Origin: Chrysomallon squamiferum
Taxonomy: Eukaryota; Animalia; Mollusca
Length of the DNA stretch: 64,000 nucleotides
Direction of reading: 5' to 3'
Assembly (NCBI GenBank): GCA_012295275.1
Contig: CM022679.1
Coordinates: 20,832,001 to 20,896,000 of the forward strand
This document shows positions 1 to 11,049 of the stretch, in pieces (position 1 is the stretch's first letter; each line of letters starts with the position of its first letter). The notes beneath the pieces were generated by a model, which saw only the letters and a list, made by a program, of their open reading frames with translations, ran no database searches and was not told the DNA's origin. The translations under genes were made by a program, and so were the position numbers.

Positions 1-2
1 TA

Positions 3-3000
3 GCAATAATCGTTAATTCTATTCTACTAAGACATCAATGTTTGTTAAGCTTAGAGGCATTATCGCGGGAGCTTAAATCACAGACACAGGTGATATTTCA
101 AGACGAGTTACTTTTAAAGTTTCTGAAAAAATTTCCACAGTCGTTTTCATTCCGAAATGTCGATCATAAAAAAATTAGATATTTAGAAGTACGCGCAATT
201 ACAGACATTGCACTATGTCAAAAACATGCAAAGAAAAATGGAAGTTGTGATGGTAAATGCGGAAACCTTCATATATGCAAATATTTTTTCCTATCAGGTC
301 GTTGTAGTTTTGGTGAAAAGTGCTCATTTGGTCATGATTATAGATCAAGACATAATGAGCTGGTTTTCAGGGCTCATTTGCTTGATGTCAAAAATATTGC
401 ACTTGAACATTTAAGGTTTTTAGTCTGTCAAACAAGTTGCAGAAATGTTACCACAATGCCTCAGATTTGCACTTTTTATAATACTTCAAAAACATGTTCA
501 AACAAAAAATGCAAAAACTTACATATGTGTAAGTATTTTTTGGAAAGTACATGCAAGTTTAACGACTGCAAACGAAACCATTCTGTTCAGGATCTAAATG
601 TTACCGATATACTGAAAGGCTATGGTTTTAATATTAATCAGTCACCAGATGAAATTCTGCAAGAACTTAGACAATTCTTTTGTAATGAAATAACACAAAA
701 TCCCAGCTGTTTAGGGCATCAGCCAGAACATCACAGATCAGCTGAAATAAGTTATTCAAGTGATCAGTATGCAATGAAATACCCAGATGAAAGAGAAACT
801 GATTTTCAACCTTATATTCAAACCATCATAGCAGGTCCTAAATCAGTGGATATCAGTAAACCTGTTCCAAAAGAAATAAAAACTGGAGGAAAACAGCCAT
901 CAGTAATTTGCATTCATAATCTCAGAGGCAAATGTGAATTTGGATCTTCCTGTCGTTGTGAGCACAAGTCAGGAATTTACCAGTGGCAGTGGAAGACAGA
1001 CACTGATTTGAAATGGACTGATTTTAATGAAGACAACAACATTGCAATAGAGAAAATCTTTAGTCAACCGGATAAATCTGAGTGCTATATAATGATGGGG
1101 TATAATATTTCAGTTTCTTTTATACATATATATGTAACAAATGTTAAACAATAAATTACACTTATGGTTGTTTTGTATGTTCTTATTCTTATTATTATTA
1201 TTTTTATTTATCTTTTTTTTTTTTAAGTTCAAGATCATTAGAAATAATTCATACAAGCTGTTCAACAAAAACTTTATAGCTATATTTATTAATAATAGTT
1301 TTGATCATTTCTTTTTTAAAAAATACCCTTTTGTAATGTAAAATATAACAATTTTGCTTCATTAGTAAGTTGTATTTCAAAAGCAAATAAAAACATCTTG
1401 ATCATTGTTACCTACGGCTAAATAAACATAAATTAATTTATTATTTATTAAGCCTTTTAAGCAAGAAACCTTTTTAAATTCAAGTAACCTGGCAGTTCGC
1501 CAGAATGAATAACTCAGAATTCAGCAAATTCTCTTTGAATAACAGCGGATTGCAAATGAACATTCAAATCGTGTATCTATTCAGAAATGAAGTTTTTCAT
1601 TTGATGTGATGTTTTTACATATGTATCATGCATTAATCTTAAAGGATTTTAAGAAATTTCCTAGGAATTTTTTTCATTGATGTAGATCACCTTTAAGTTG
1701 TAGATCACATACCAAAGTTACGCCCATTTTTCTCTCTCTTTCTTTTTTTCTCTTTATTTTTATTTTTTCTTCACCACACCAGTGAAAAATACAGGTTTGC
1801 CATGTATGGTGTAGAATGTTTTGTAGCTGTATTATTTTACTCTCTACTTACTGTTAGCAAAGACAAGTTATCATTTAAAATGAAATATTTTTTCAACTGT
1901 AATTTTTCAGTAAAATAATAAAGATTGATTTTGAATCAATGACTGCCAGCGGAGATGATGAAATTCATATTCGAAGGTTGACAACAATTTCTTCTGCAAT
2001 AGCACCTCCTTCCATTCAAAGATGGACAACAGTCTGGCATTGGTACTGGCAGAATGAGAATGGAGAGTGGAAAGAATTTGGTGAACCAGTAAGTAGATAA
2101 AATAAATTAGTTATTTTAAATCATCCTTCGATAATATTATTAATCTTCAGATACTGAATTAATTTAAGACAGACTTCATACAAAGGAAGTATATTTATGT
2201 TTCTACTCTTCCTTTACTCTCCAATCTTCACTGAAAACATTCATCTTGTTGCTAATGAATAGTTACCACATTAAAGAACTTAATACCAGTATTTTGTTAC
2301 TAGAATCAAATCAGAATACATACATCATTTAATGTACTCACAGGTTCTTTTTTTATTATTTATTCTTAAAGGATATAAATGGTTGGAATGCAGATCTTGA
2401 TAGTGACAAGATTGAGATAGAATATCAAAAGAATCCAGAAGCTGACATTAATTTTGAAAACAGACGCTTCAAATATGTTCTGTCATTCACCAAAATGAAA
2501 CAAATAAACTGTAAAACAAACAAAGAATGCAAGGTTCAGCGCAGAACAACTTACTTCCATCCACAAAATACTGACAGAAGGTACATTTGAGATAGCAAAT
2601 ATAAACACCTAAGTCTAGCACTTACCAAATATTTAAGTCATTGTTATTGATAAACTCAGATTTCTAAAGTGATAAAAATATCTTCATCATTCATTATAAA
2701 ATGTTGGAAGATTTTAAAGCTGTTTATTTCATAAGGGTTTTCAGGTGTTATTTTCATGTCATATTTTACTAATAAAGAAACTCTTTAGAAATCCCATTTA
2801 TTTCAGATCACAAGGAACTGTATTTTCTAAACATGTAACAAGTTTAATGTCCCAAATTAGTCAAAATGCTTCAGTGTTAATTTAATTTAATTGTTTTGTA
2901 TCTTTAATATTCTGATCCTGGTTTACTTTCAGGACTGTGGATGATGTTGCTGATGGCCAGTTGAAGTGTGCTGTACCAAAAGAATGGAAAGTAATTAAAA

Positions 3001-6000
3001 AAGATGTGATTGAGCATAATCAAGTGAAACAGGTGTGTGAAATAGTTACTTCAGTACAGTTAATTATGGGCTTCATTTTCATTTAATACACATCATGATA
3101 TCAATCTTTTTTTAAATGGAACCAGCCATAAGTATAAAGTTATTCTTATATTTCTGTTTTAAAGTTTTATTAACCAACACAGGCAACAGTATAAATTTAT
3201 TCTGATTTCAGTTTAAGCCTCAGTTTTAATAATGAACTAGCCACTAGTATAATTCTATTCTAAATTAAGATTATAGCTCAGTCTTAATACTGAACCAGAT
3301 AAATATATAGTTCTTCTTACATTTCCATTTTAATAAAAAGTTATTCTAACTTGATGATAGACTTCTGTTTTAATAATGAGCCAGACAACAGTATAATGTT
3401 ATTCTTATACTTTTCTTTAATATTGAACCAGTGAACAGTATAAAGTTATTCTGAAATGATGATAGATTTCTGTTTTAATAATGAACCAGCAAAATGTTGT
3501 TATGAATTCATATTATACTTCACTTTTAATACTGGCCTGACTGCCATGAATCATTTTTCAAAACAGAAAGATAAACTTGAATAAAAATAATCTGTGTATG
3601 GAAATCACAGTGTAACAATTTTTCTTGAATCCTATATGATTTCATTCTTTAATTTTATTTTTATCTCCCTCAGTTGACTTCTGAAATATGTAAGCAACAC
3701 ACTAAGGGACCTGCCACATCCAAGAGTTGTAGCATTCAGCCAGAACATCAAAGATCAGCTGAAAGATGTTATTCAAGTTATCAGTATGCAATGAAATACC
3801 CAGATGAAAGAGAAATTGATTTTCAACCTGAAATAAGAACCACCAAAACACCTACTAAATCAAGTGCTATCAGTAAGCCTGACACTAAACCAAGAGAGAG
3901 AAAAACTGGAGGAAAACAGCCATCAGTAATTTGTATTCATAATCTCAGAGGCAAATGTGAATTTGGATCTTCCTGTCGTTCTGAGCACAAGTCAGGAATT
4001 TACCAGTGGCAGTGGAAGACAGACACTGATTCGGAATGGACTGATTTTAATGACGACATCAACGTTGCAATAGAGAAAATCTTTAGTCAACCAGATGATT
4101 CTGTGTGCTCTATAAAAATAGGGTATATTATTTGATTCATTTTTGTAAATATATACAATAGTTGAGTGATTAAAGAACAGAGTGTAAGCACAGGTTTTTT
4201 CTTGATTTTTTTTAGATATGTTGTTGTTTTGTATCGTTTTGTTTTTAAATGCAAAATCATTACAAATGGTTCATGGAAACTGTTCTTGCAAGCTGTTCAA
4301 AAAATCCTTTATTGTTACATGTATTAATGAACGTTTTGTACTTTTCATTTTTTAAAAACACCTTCTCTAATGTGAAATATATATAATATATATATATAAT
4401 ACAATATTTTCATCAGTAAGTGATATTTCAAAAGCAAATCCAAAATCTGGATCATTGTCACTTAAATATACATGAATTGTTTATTTATTAAATTTATTTA
4501 GACACAGTTTTCAAGCAAGATATCTTTTCTCTCTATCCGTCTTTCTTTCTTTTTTATTTTTCTCTTCTTTTATTTATTTATTATTATCACTATTATTATG
4601 ATTTTTTATAGATTTCTTTTTTTTATATCACACCAGAGAAAAATGCAGGTTTGCCATGTATGATGTAAAATTTTGGCTATCAGTTGTTTTATAGCTGTAT
4701 TATTTTACTGCTGTACTTTTTATTAGCAAAGACAGGTTTACAATTAAAAAAATTAAACAATTACTTTGAAGTATAAAAACCAGCATATTGTAACCATTTA
4801 TTCACGACATTCAACTGTATTTTCAGTGGCATTGTAATAAAAATTGATTTTGAATCAATGACTGCCAGTGGAGGAGATGAAATTCGTATTCGAAGATTGA
4901 CAACAATTTCTTCTGCAATAGCACCTCCTTCCATTCAAAGATGGACAACAGTCTGGCATTGGTACTGGCAGGATGAGAATGGAGTGTGGATAGAATATGG
5001 TGAACCAGTAAGTAGATAAAATAAATGAGCTATTTTAAATCATCCTTCAATGACATAATTAATATCAGACTACATCTGAATTTGTTTAACATGTACATCA
5101 CACAAAAGAAGTATAATTATGTTTCTACTCTTCCTGTACTCACCAATCTTCACTGAAAACATTCATCTTGTTGCTATTGAATAGTTACCACATTAAAGAA
5201 CTTTAAACCAGTATTTTGTTACTAGAATCAAATCAGAATACACACATTATTTAATGTACTCACAGGTTGTTTTTTTTAAATTTATTCTTAAAGGATGTAA
5301 AGGGTAGGAAAGCAGATCTTGATAGTGACAAGATTGAGATAGAATATCAAAAAAATCCAGAAGCTGACATTAATTTTGAAAACGGATGCTTCAAATATGT
5401 TCTGTCATTCACTAAAATGAAACAAATAAACTGTAAAACAAAGAAAGGACGCAAGGTTCAGCGCAGAACAACTTACTTCCATCCACAAAATACTGACAGA
5501 AGGTACATTTAAAATAGCAAATATAAACACCTAAGTCTAGCACTTGCCAAATATTTAAGTCATTGTTATTGATAAACTCAGATTTCTAAAGTGATAAAAA
5601 TATCTTCACCATTCATTATAAAATGTTGGAAGATTTTAAAGCTGTTTATTTCATAAGGGTTTTCAGGTGTTATTTTCATGTCATATTTTACTAATAAAGA
5701 AACTCTTTAGAAATCCCATTTATTTCAGATCACAAGGAACTGTATTTTCTAAACATGTAACAAGTTTAATGTCCCAAATTAGTCAAAATGCTTCAGTGTT
5801 AATTTAATTTAATTGTTTTGTATCTTTAATATTCTGATCCTGGTTTACTTTCAGGACTGTGGATGATGTTGCTGATGGCCAGTTGAAGTGTGCTGTACCA
5901 AAAGAATGGAAAGTAAGTAAAAAAGATGTGATTGAGCATAATCAAGTGAAACAGGTGTGTGAAATAGTTACTTCAGTACAGTTAATTATGGGCTTCATTT

Positions 6001-9000
6001 TCATTTAATACACATCATGATATCAATCTTTTTTTTTAATGGAACCAGCCATAAGTATAAAGTTATTCTTATATTTCTGTTTTAAAGTTTTATTAACCAA
6101 CACAGGCAACAGTATAAATTTATTCTGATTTCAGTTTAAGCCTCAGTTTTAATAATGAACTAGCCACTAGTATAATTCTATTCTAAATTAAGATTATAGC
6201 TCAGTCTTAATACTGAACCAGATAAATATATAGTTCTTCTTACATTTCCATTTTAATAAAAAGTTATTCTAACTTGATGATAGACTTCTGTTTTAATAAT
6301 GAGCCAGACAACAGTATAATGTTATTCTTATACTTTTCTTTAATATTGAACCAGTGAACAGTATAAAGTTATTCTGAAATGATGATAGATTTCTGTTTTA
6401 ATAGTGAACCAGCAAAATGTTGTTATGAATTCATATTATACTTCACTTTTAATACTGGCCTGACTGCCATGAATCATTTTTCAAAACAGAAAGATAAACT
6501 TGAATAAAAATAATCTGTGTATGGAAATCACAGTGTAACAATTTTTCTTGAATCCTATATGATTTCATTCTTTAATTTTATTTTATCTCCCTCAGTTGAC
6601 TTCTGAAATATGTAAGCAACACACTAAGGGACCTGCCACATCCAAGAGTTGTAGCATTCAGCCAGAACATCAAAGATCAGCTGAAAGATGTTATTCAAGT
6701 TATCAGTATGCAATGAAATACCCAGATGAAAGAGAAATTGATTTTCAACCTGAAATAAGAACCACCAAAACACCTACTAAATCAAGTGCTATCAGTAAGC
6801 CTGACACTAAACCAAGAGAGAGAAAAACTGGAGGAAAACAGCCATCAGTAATTTGTATTCATAATCTCAGAGGCAAATGTGAATTTGGATCTTCCTGTCG
6901 TTCTGAGCACAAGTCAGGAATTTACCAGTGGCAGTGGAAGACAGACACTGATTCGGAATGGACTGATTTTAATGACGACATCAACATTGCAATAGAGAAA
7001 ATCTTTAGTCAACCAGATGATTCTGTGTGCTCTATAAAAATAGGGTATATTATTTGATTCATTTTTGTAAATATATACAATAGTTGAGTGATTAAAGAAC
7101 AGAGTGTAAGCACAGGTTTTTTCTTGATTTTTTTTAGATATGTTGTTGTTTTGTATCGTTTTGTTTTTAAATGCAAAATCATTACAAATGGTTCATGGAA
7201 ACTGTTCTTGCAAGCTGTTCAAAAAATCCTTTATTGTTACATGTATTAATGAACGTTTTGTACTTTTCATTTTTTAAAAACACCTTCTCTAATGTGAAAT
7301 ATATATAATATATATATATAATACAATATTTTCATCAGTAAGTGATATTTCAAAAGCAAATCCAAAATCTGGATCATTGTCACTTAAATATACATGAATT
7401 GTTTATTTATTAAATTTATTTAGACACAGTTTTCAAGCAAGATATCTTTTCTCTCTATCCGTCTTTCTTTCTTTTTTATTTTTCTCTTCTTTTATTTATT
7501 TATTATTATCACTATTATTATGATTTTTATAGATTTCTTTTTTTATATCACACCAGAGAAAAAAATGCAGGTTTGCCATGTATGATGTAAAATTTTGGCT
7601 ATCAGTTGTTTTATAGCTGTATTATTTTACTGCTGTACTTTTTATTAGCAAAGACAGGTTTACAATTAAAAAAATTAAACAATTACTTTGAAGTATAAAA
7701 ACCAGCATATTGTAACCATTTATTCACGACATTCAACTGTATTTTCAGTGGCACTGTAATAAAAATTGATTTTGAATCAATGACTGCCAGTGGAGGAGAT
7801 GAAATTCGTATTCGAAGATTGACAACAATTTCTTCTGCAATAGCACCTCCTTCCATTCAAAGATGGACAACAGTCTGGCATTGGTACTGGCAGGATGAGA
7901 ATGGAGTGTGGATAGAATATGGTGAACCAGTAAGTAGATAAAATAAATGAGCTATTTTAAATCATCCTTCAATGACATAATTAATATCAGACTACATCTG
8001 AATTTGTTTAACATGTACGTCACACAAAAGAAGTATAATTATGTTTCTACTCTTCCTGTACTCACCAATCTTCACTGAAAACATTCATCTTGTTGCTATT
8101 GAATAGTTACCACATTAAAGAACTTTAAACCAGTATTTTGTTACTAGAATCAAATCAGAATACACACATTATTTAATGTACTCACAGGTTGTTTTTTTTA
8201 AATTTATTCTTAAAGGATGTAAAGGGTAGGAAAGCAGATCTTGATAGTGACAAGATTGAGATAGAATATCAAAAAATCCAGAAGCTGACATTAATTTTGA
8301 AAACGGACGCTTCAAATATGTTCTGTCATTCACTAAAATGAAACAAATAAACTGTAAAACAAAGAAAGGACGCAAGGTTCAGCGCAGAACAACTTACTTC
8401 CATCCACAAAATACTGACAGAAGGTACATTTAAAATAGCAAATATAAACACCTAAATCAAATTCATACCAAATATTTAAGTCATTGTTAATGATAAACTC
8501 ACATTTCTAAAATGATAAAAAACACTTAACCATTCATTATAAAATAATTATATTAACACTGTTGGAAAGATCTTCATTTATTAAGAGTTTTGAGATTTTA
8601 CTTTCATGTCATATTTTACTAATAAGAAATGAAGTTATTTTAGATCACAGGGAACTGTATTTTCTTAACATGTAACCGTGTAATGTCAAAAATTAGTCAA
8701 AATGCTTCAGTGTTAATTTGATTTAATAGTTTTGTATCTTTAATATTCTGATCCTGATCTATTTTCAGAACTATGGATGATGTTGCTGATGGTCAGTTGA
8801 AGTGTGCTGTACCAAAAGAATGGAAAGTAACATCAAAAGATGTGATTGAGCATTATCAAGTGAAATTGGTGTGTGAAATAATTACTTCAGTCCAGTTAAT
8901 TATGGATAATAATACACATCATGAAATCAATGGTACAACGTTATTATAAATTAAGATTATACTTTGGTCTGAATGCTGAACCAGCCAAATATATAAAGTT

Positions 9001-10992
9001 ATTCTTTTATTTCTGTTTTAAAGTTATTCTGAATCAATGATTTCTGTTTTAATAATTAACCAGCAAACAATATAATGTTATCATGAATTAATTTTATACT
9101 TCACCTTTAATACTGGCCTGACTGCCATGAATCATTTTTCATAACCGAAAGATAAATTTGAATAAAAATAACCTGTGTGTGGGAATCACAGTATAACAAT
9201 GTTTCTTGAATCCTAGATGATTTCATCTTATTATTATTCTTTTGATCTCCCCTCAGTTGAATTCTGAAATGTATATGCATCACACTATGGTACCTGCCTC
9301 ATCCAAAAGCTATATCTGTGTTATGAACAGTTTAGTTTATAGCTTAAAATTATTATTTTATTATTGTTGGTGACTTATTATAGTCCTTGCAATTGGATTT
9401 GCAAAGTCAGAACATGCACTGTTTTCCTGACAACACAAAAAGAATCCAAAGAGCATGTATGAAGTCATGTTCTGACTGTAGGAAAATGATGGTATTTTTC
9501 ATCTGTAATCCTTCCTTTATTATACTTTATTATTAATTAAGTATGGGATTGCAAAAACAAATTAAACATAATCTGAAAGTGTAGAGAATAAACATTATTT
9601 CTTCTTATCACTGAAACTAATAACATTGGTATCTGCTCTTAAATATCTATACAGATAAACTTGGACAAAGTATTTTTCAAATTAATTCAGTTTTCAAATC
9701 AATTTGAATTGCACAGTTTAGTTATCAAATGTTCAAAACGTAATAAATTATCAAAAAAGAAAGAGGATGATGGAAAGTCAATTGTTTTAAATTGCAAATT
9801 ATTGAAAATAATTATATTTAAAAAAAGAAGACAATTTGCATTTTGCAATAATCCATTTATATGTATCTGAGTATTTATAATGAGGCATATCATGGGAATT
9901 AATTGCTGCAGATTTTAAAGACTTTTTTTCCTGATTTTGCTTTTTTGATTTTAGCATAACATGTCTGATGTTTTCAGGTTGAAAAGAACAGCCAAGAGCT
10001 TGAGGAAATTAACAGACTTTTTCGTGAGACAATGTCTTATAACATTAAAAAATTGAAGAGAATTGAAAATGGAGAACTATGGAGCAACTACTGTCAGTAA
10101 GTCAACTTTCTCTGTAGTGAACCTTTTACTACAAGTTGCTGCTTTCTTCCTACTAAGACAGTGTTGTATGTTTGATGTTTATGTTGTTGTTTTTTGTGGG
10201 GTTTTTTCTACTGTGTACAATTACAGTCACAGGATCAGTTAGTGTACACAAATCACCTAATTTCTTGTTTTATCTATTTCCCCTTTACTCTTTTATACAG
10301 GACTGTTCTTCATGTTTTTATGTTGGGGAAAGATGTATATAAAATATTAATTGGTGGTAATAAATAATAATAAATAAAAAGAATGGAAAATTAGTAATTT
10401 GACAATATATAAGTGTAAATTAATTGAATATTGCTAAATAAGACATTTCATTCATTGTTTCTTTCTTTTATTTCTTTTATTTTTTTTTGATATGTATTCT
10501 GTACATTAAATTTTGACTCTTTATTAAGAATGATTAAAAATTCTGTTCATAAAATCATTAATTAACAAATTATTGTTACTCTTTAACAGTAAAAAGAGTG
10601 TTATGAAAAGAAAACTGGGTAAAGAAGTGGAGGAAAGACAGTTATTTCATGGTACAACAGAAAAAAACATCCAAGCAATCTGTCGTCAGGGGTTTGATTT
10701 TCGCTTCAGTGGAAAAGCAGTAGGGACTCGATATGGTAAAGGCAGCTATTTTGCAAGTCAAGCTTCATATTCTGATTCTTTTACTGACTGCAAAATGATG
10801 TTTGTGGCCAAAATACTTGTTGGTGAATTTGTCGAAGGTAAGGAGTCATACGTGCGGCCTCCACCCAAAGATTATTCAGAGCCTCATGGAGATTTGTTTG
10901 ATAGCTGTGTTGACAACACAACAGACCCCAAAATCTTTGTCGTCTTTGATTTAATCCAAGTTTATCCACAATACCTAATTACATATTGCTAG
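3..10992 (+). CDS. PARP12: PARP12/ZAP-like protein (partial at 5' end): 4 N-terminal CCCH zinc fingers, 3 x [CCCH ZnF-WWE-WWE] modules, C-terminal PARP catalytic domain (H-Y-I, mono-ART type)
   Basis: Frame is open from base 3, so the start lies upstream of the window. Hand-spliced GT-AG exons: <3-1099, 1911-2088, 2372-2580, 2933-3032, 3674-4122, 4827-5007, 5294-5502, 5855-5954, 6596-7044, 7749-7929, 8216-8423 (1 nt short, frameshift), 8769-8868, 9978-10096, 10590-10992 (TAG). Motifs: CCCH fingers (e.g. HICKYFFLSGRCSFGEKCSFGH; CIHNLRGKCEFGSSCRxEH), WWE (YQWQWK..W; WHWYWQDENGVWIEYG..MKQIN..R.VQRR), PARP (LFHGT, YGKGSYFA, FDSCVD, PKIFVVFD, YPQYLITY). Orthology to PARP12 versus PARP11/13 is inferred from architecture only. 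Confidence 0.85.
720..9310 (+). repeat. Intragenic tandem triplication of a ~2.9-3.0 kb unit (4 exons, 939 coding nt = 313 aa)
   Basis: Exon and intron sequences recur with period 2922 (e.g. exon starts 3674/6596, 4827/7749, 2372/5294/8216, 2933/5855). Block ~2592-5513 is near-identical to ~5514-8455; the outer parts are more diverged. Confidence 0.97.
3115..3535. repeat. Degenerate ~50-60 bp minisatellite in PARP12-like intron (copies at ~6040-6455 and a shorter one at ~8975-9115)
   Basis: Recurring motif tgaaccag...agtataa..ttattct....tttctgttttaataa. Confidence 0.6.
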
Positions 10993-11043
10993 TCACACAG
11001 GTCACCTATCCATAAATAGAGTTTCTTGATAAGGAAACCATTA

Positions 11044-11049
11044 AATAAA
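11044..11049 (+). terminator. Candidate polyadenylation signal of PARP12-like gene
   Basis: AATAAA about 50 nt after the TAG stop; other AATAAA hexamers lie further downstream, so usage is uncertain. Confidence 0.35.

Noticed and set aside
38-76. ATG at 38 as the PARP12-like start
   Set aside because: It hits TAA after 12 codons; the real frame is open from base 3, so the start is upstream of the window.
10975-10992. CaaX prenylation motif as in ZAP-L
   Set aside because: The protein ends ...LITYC*; the Cys is terminal, not at position -4.
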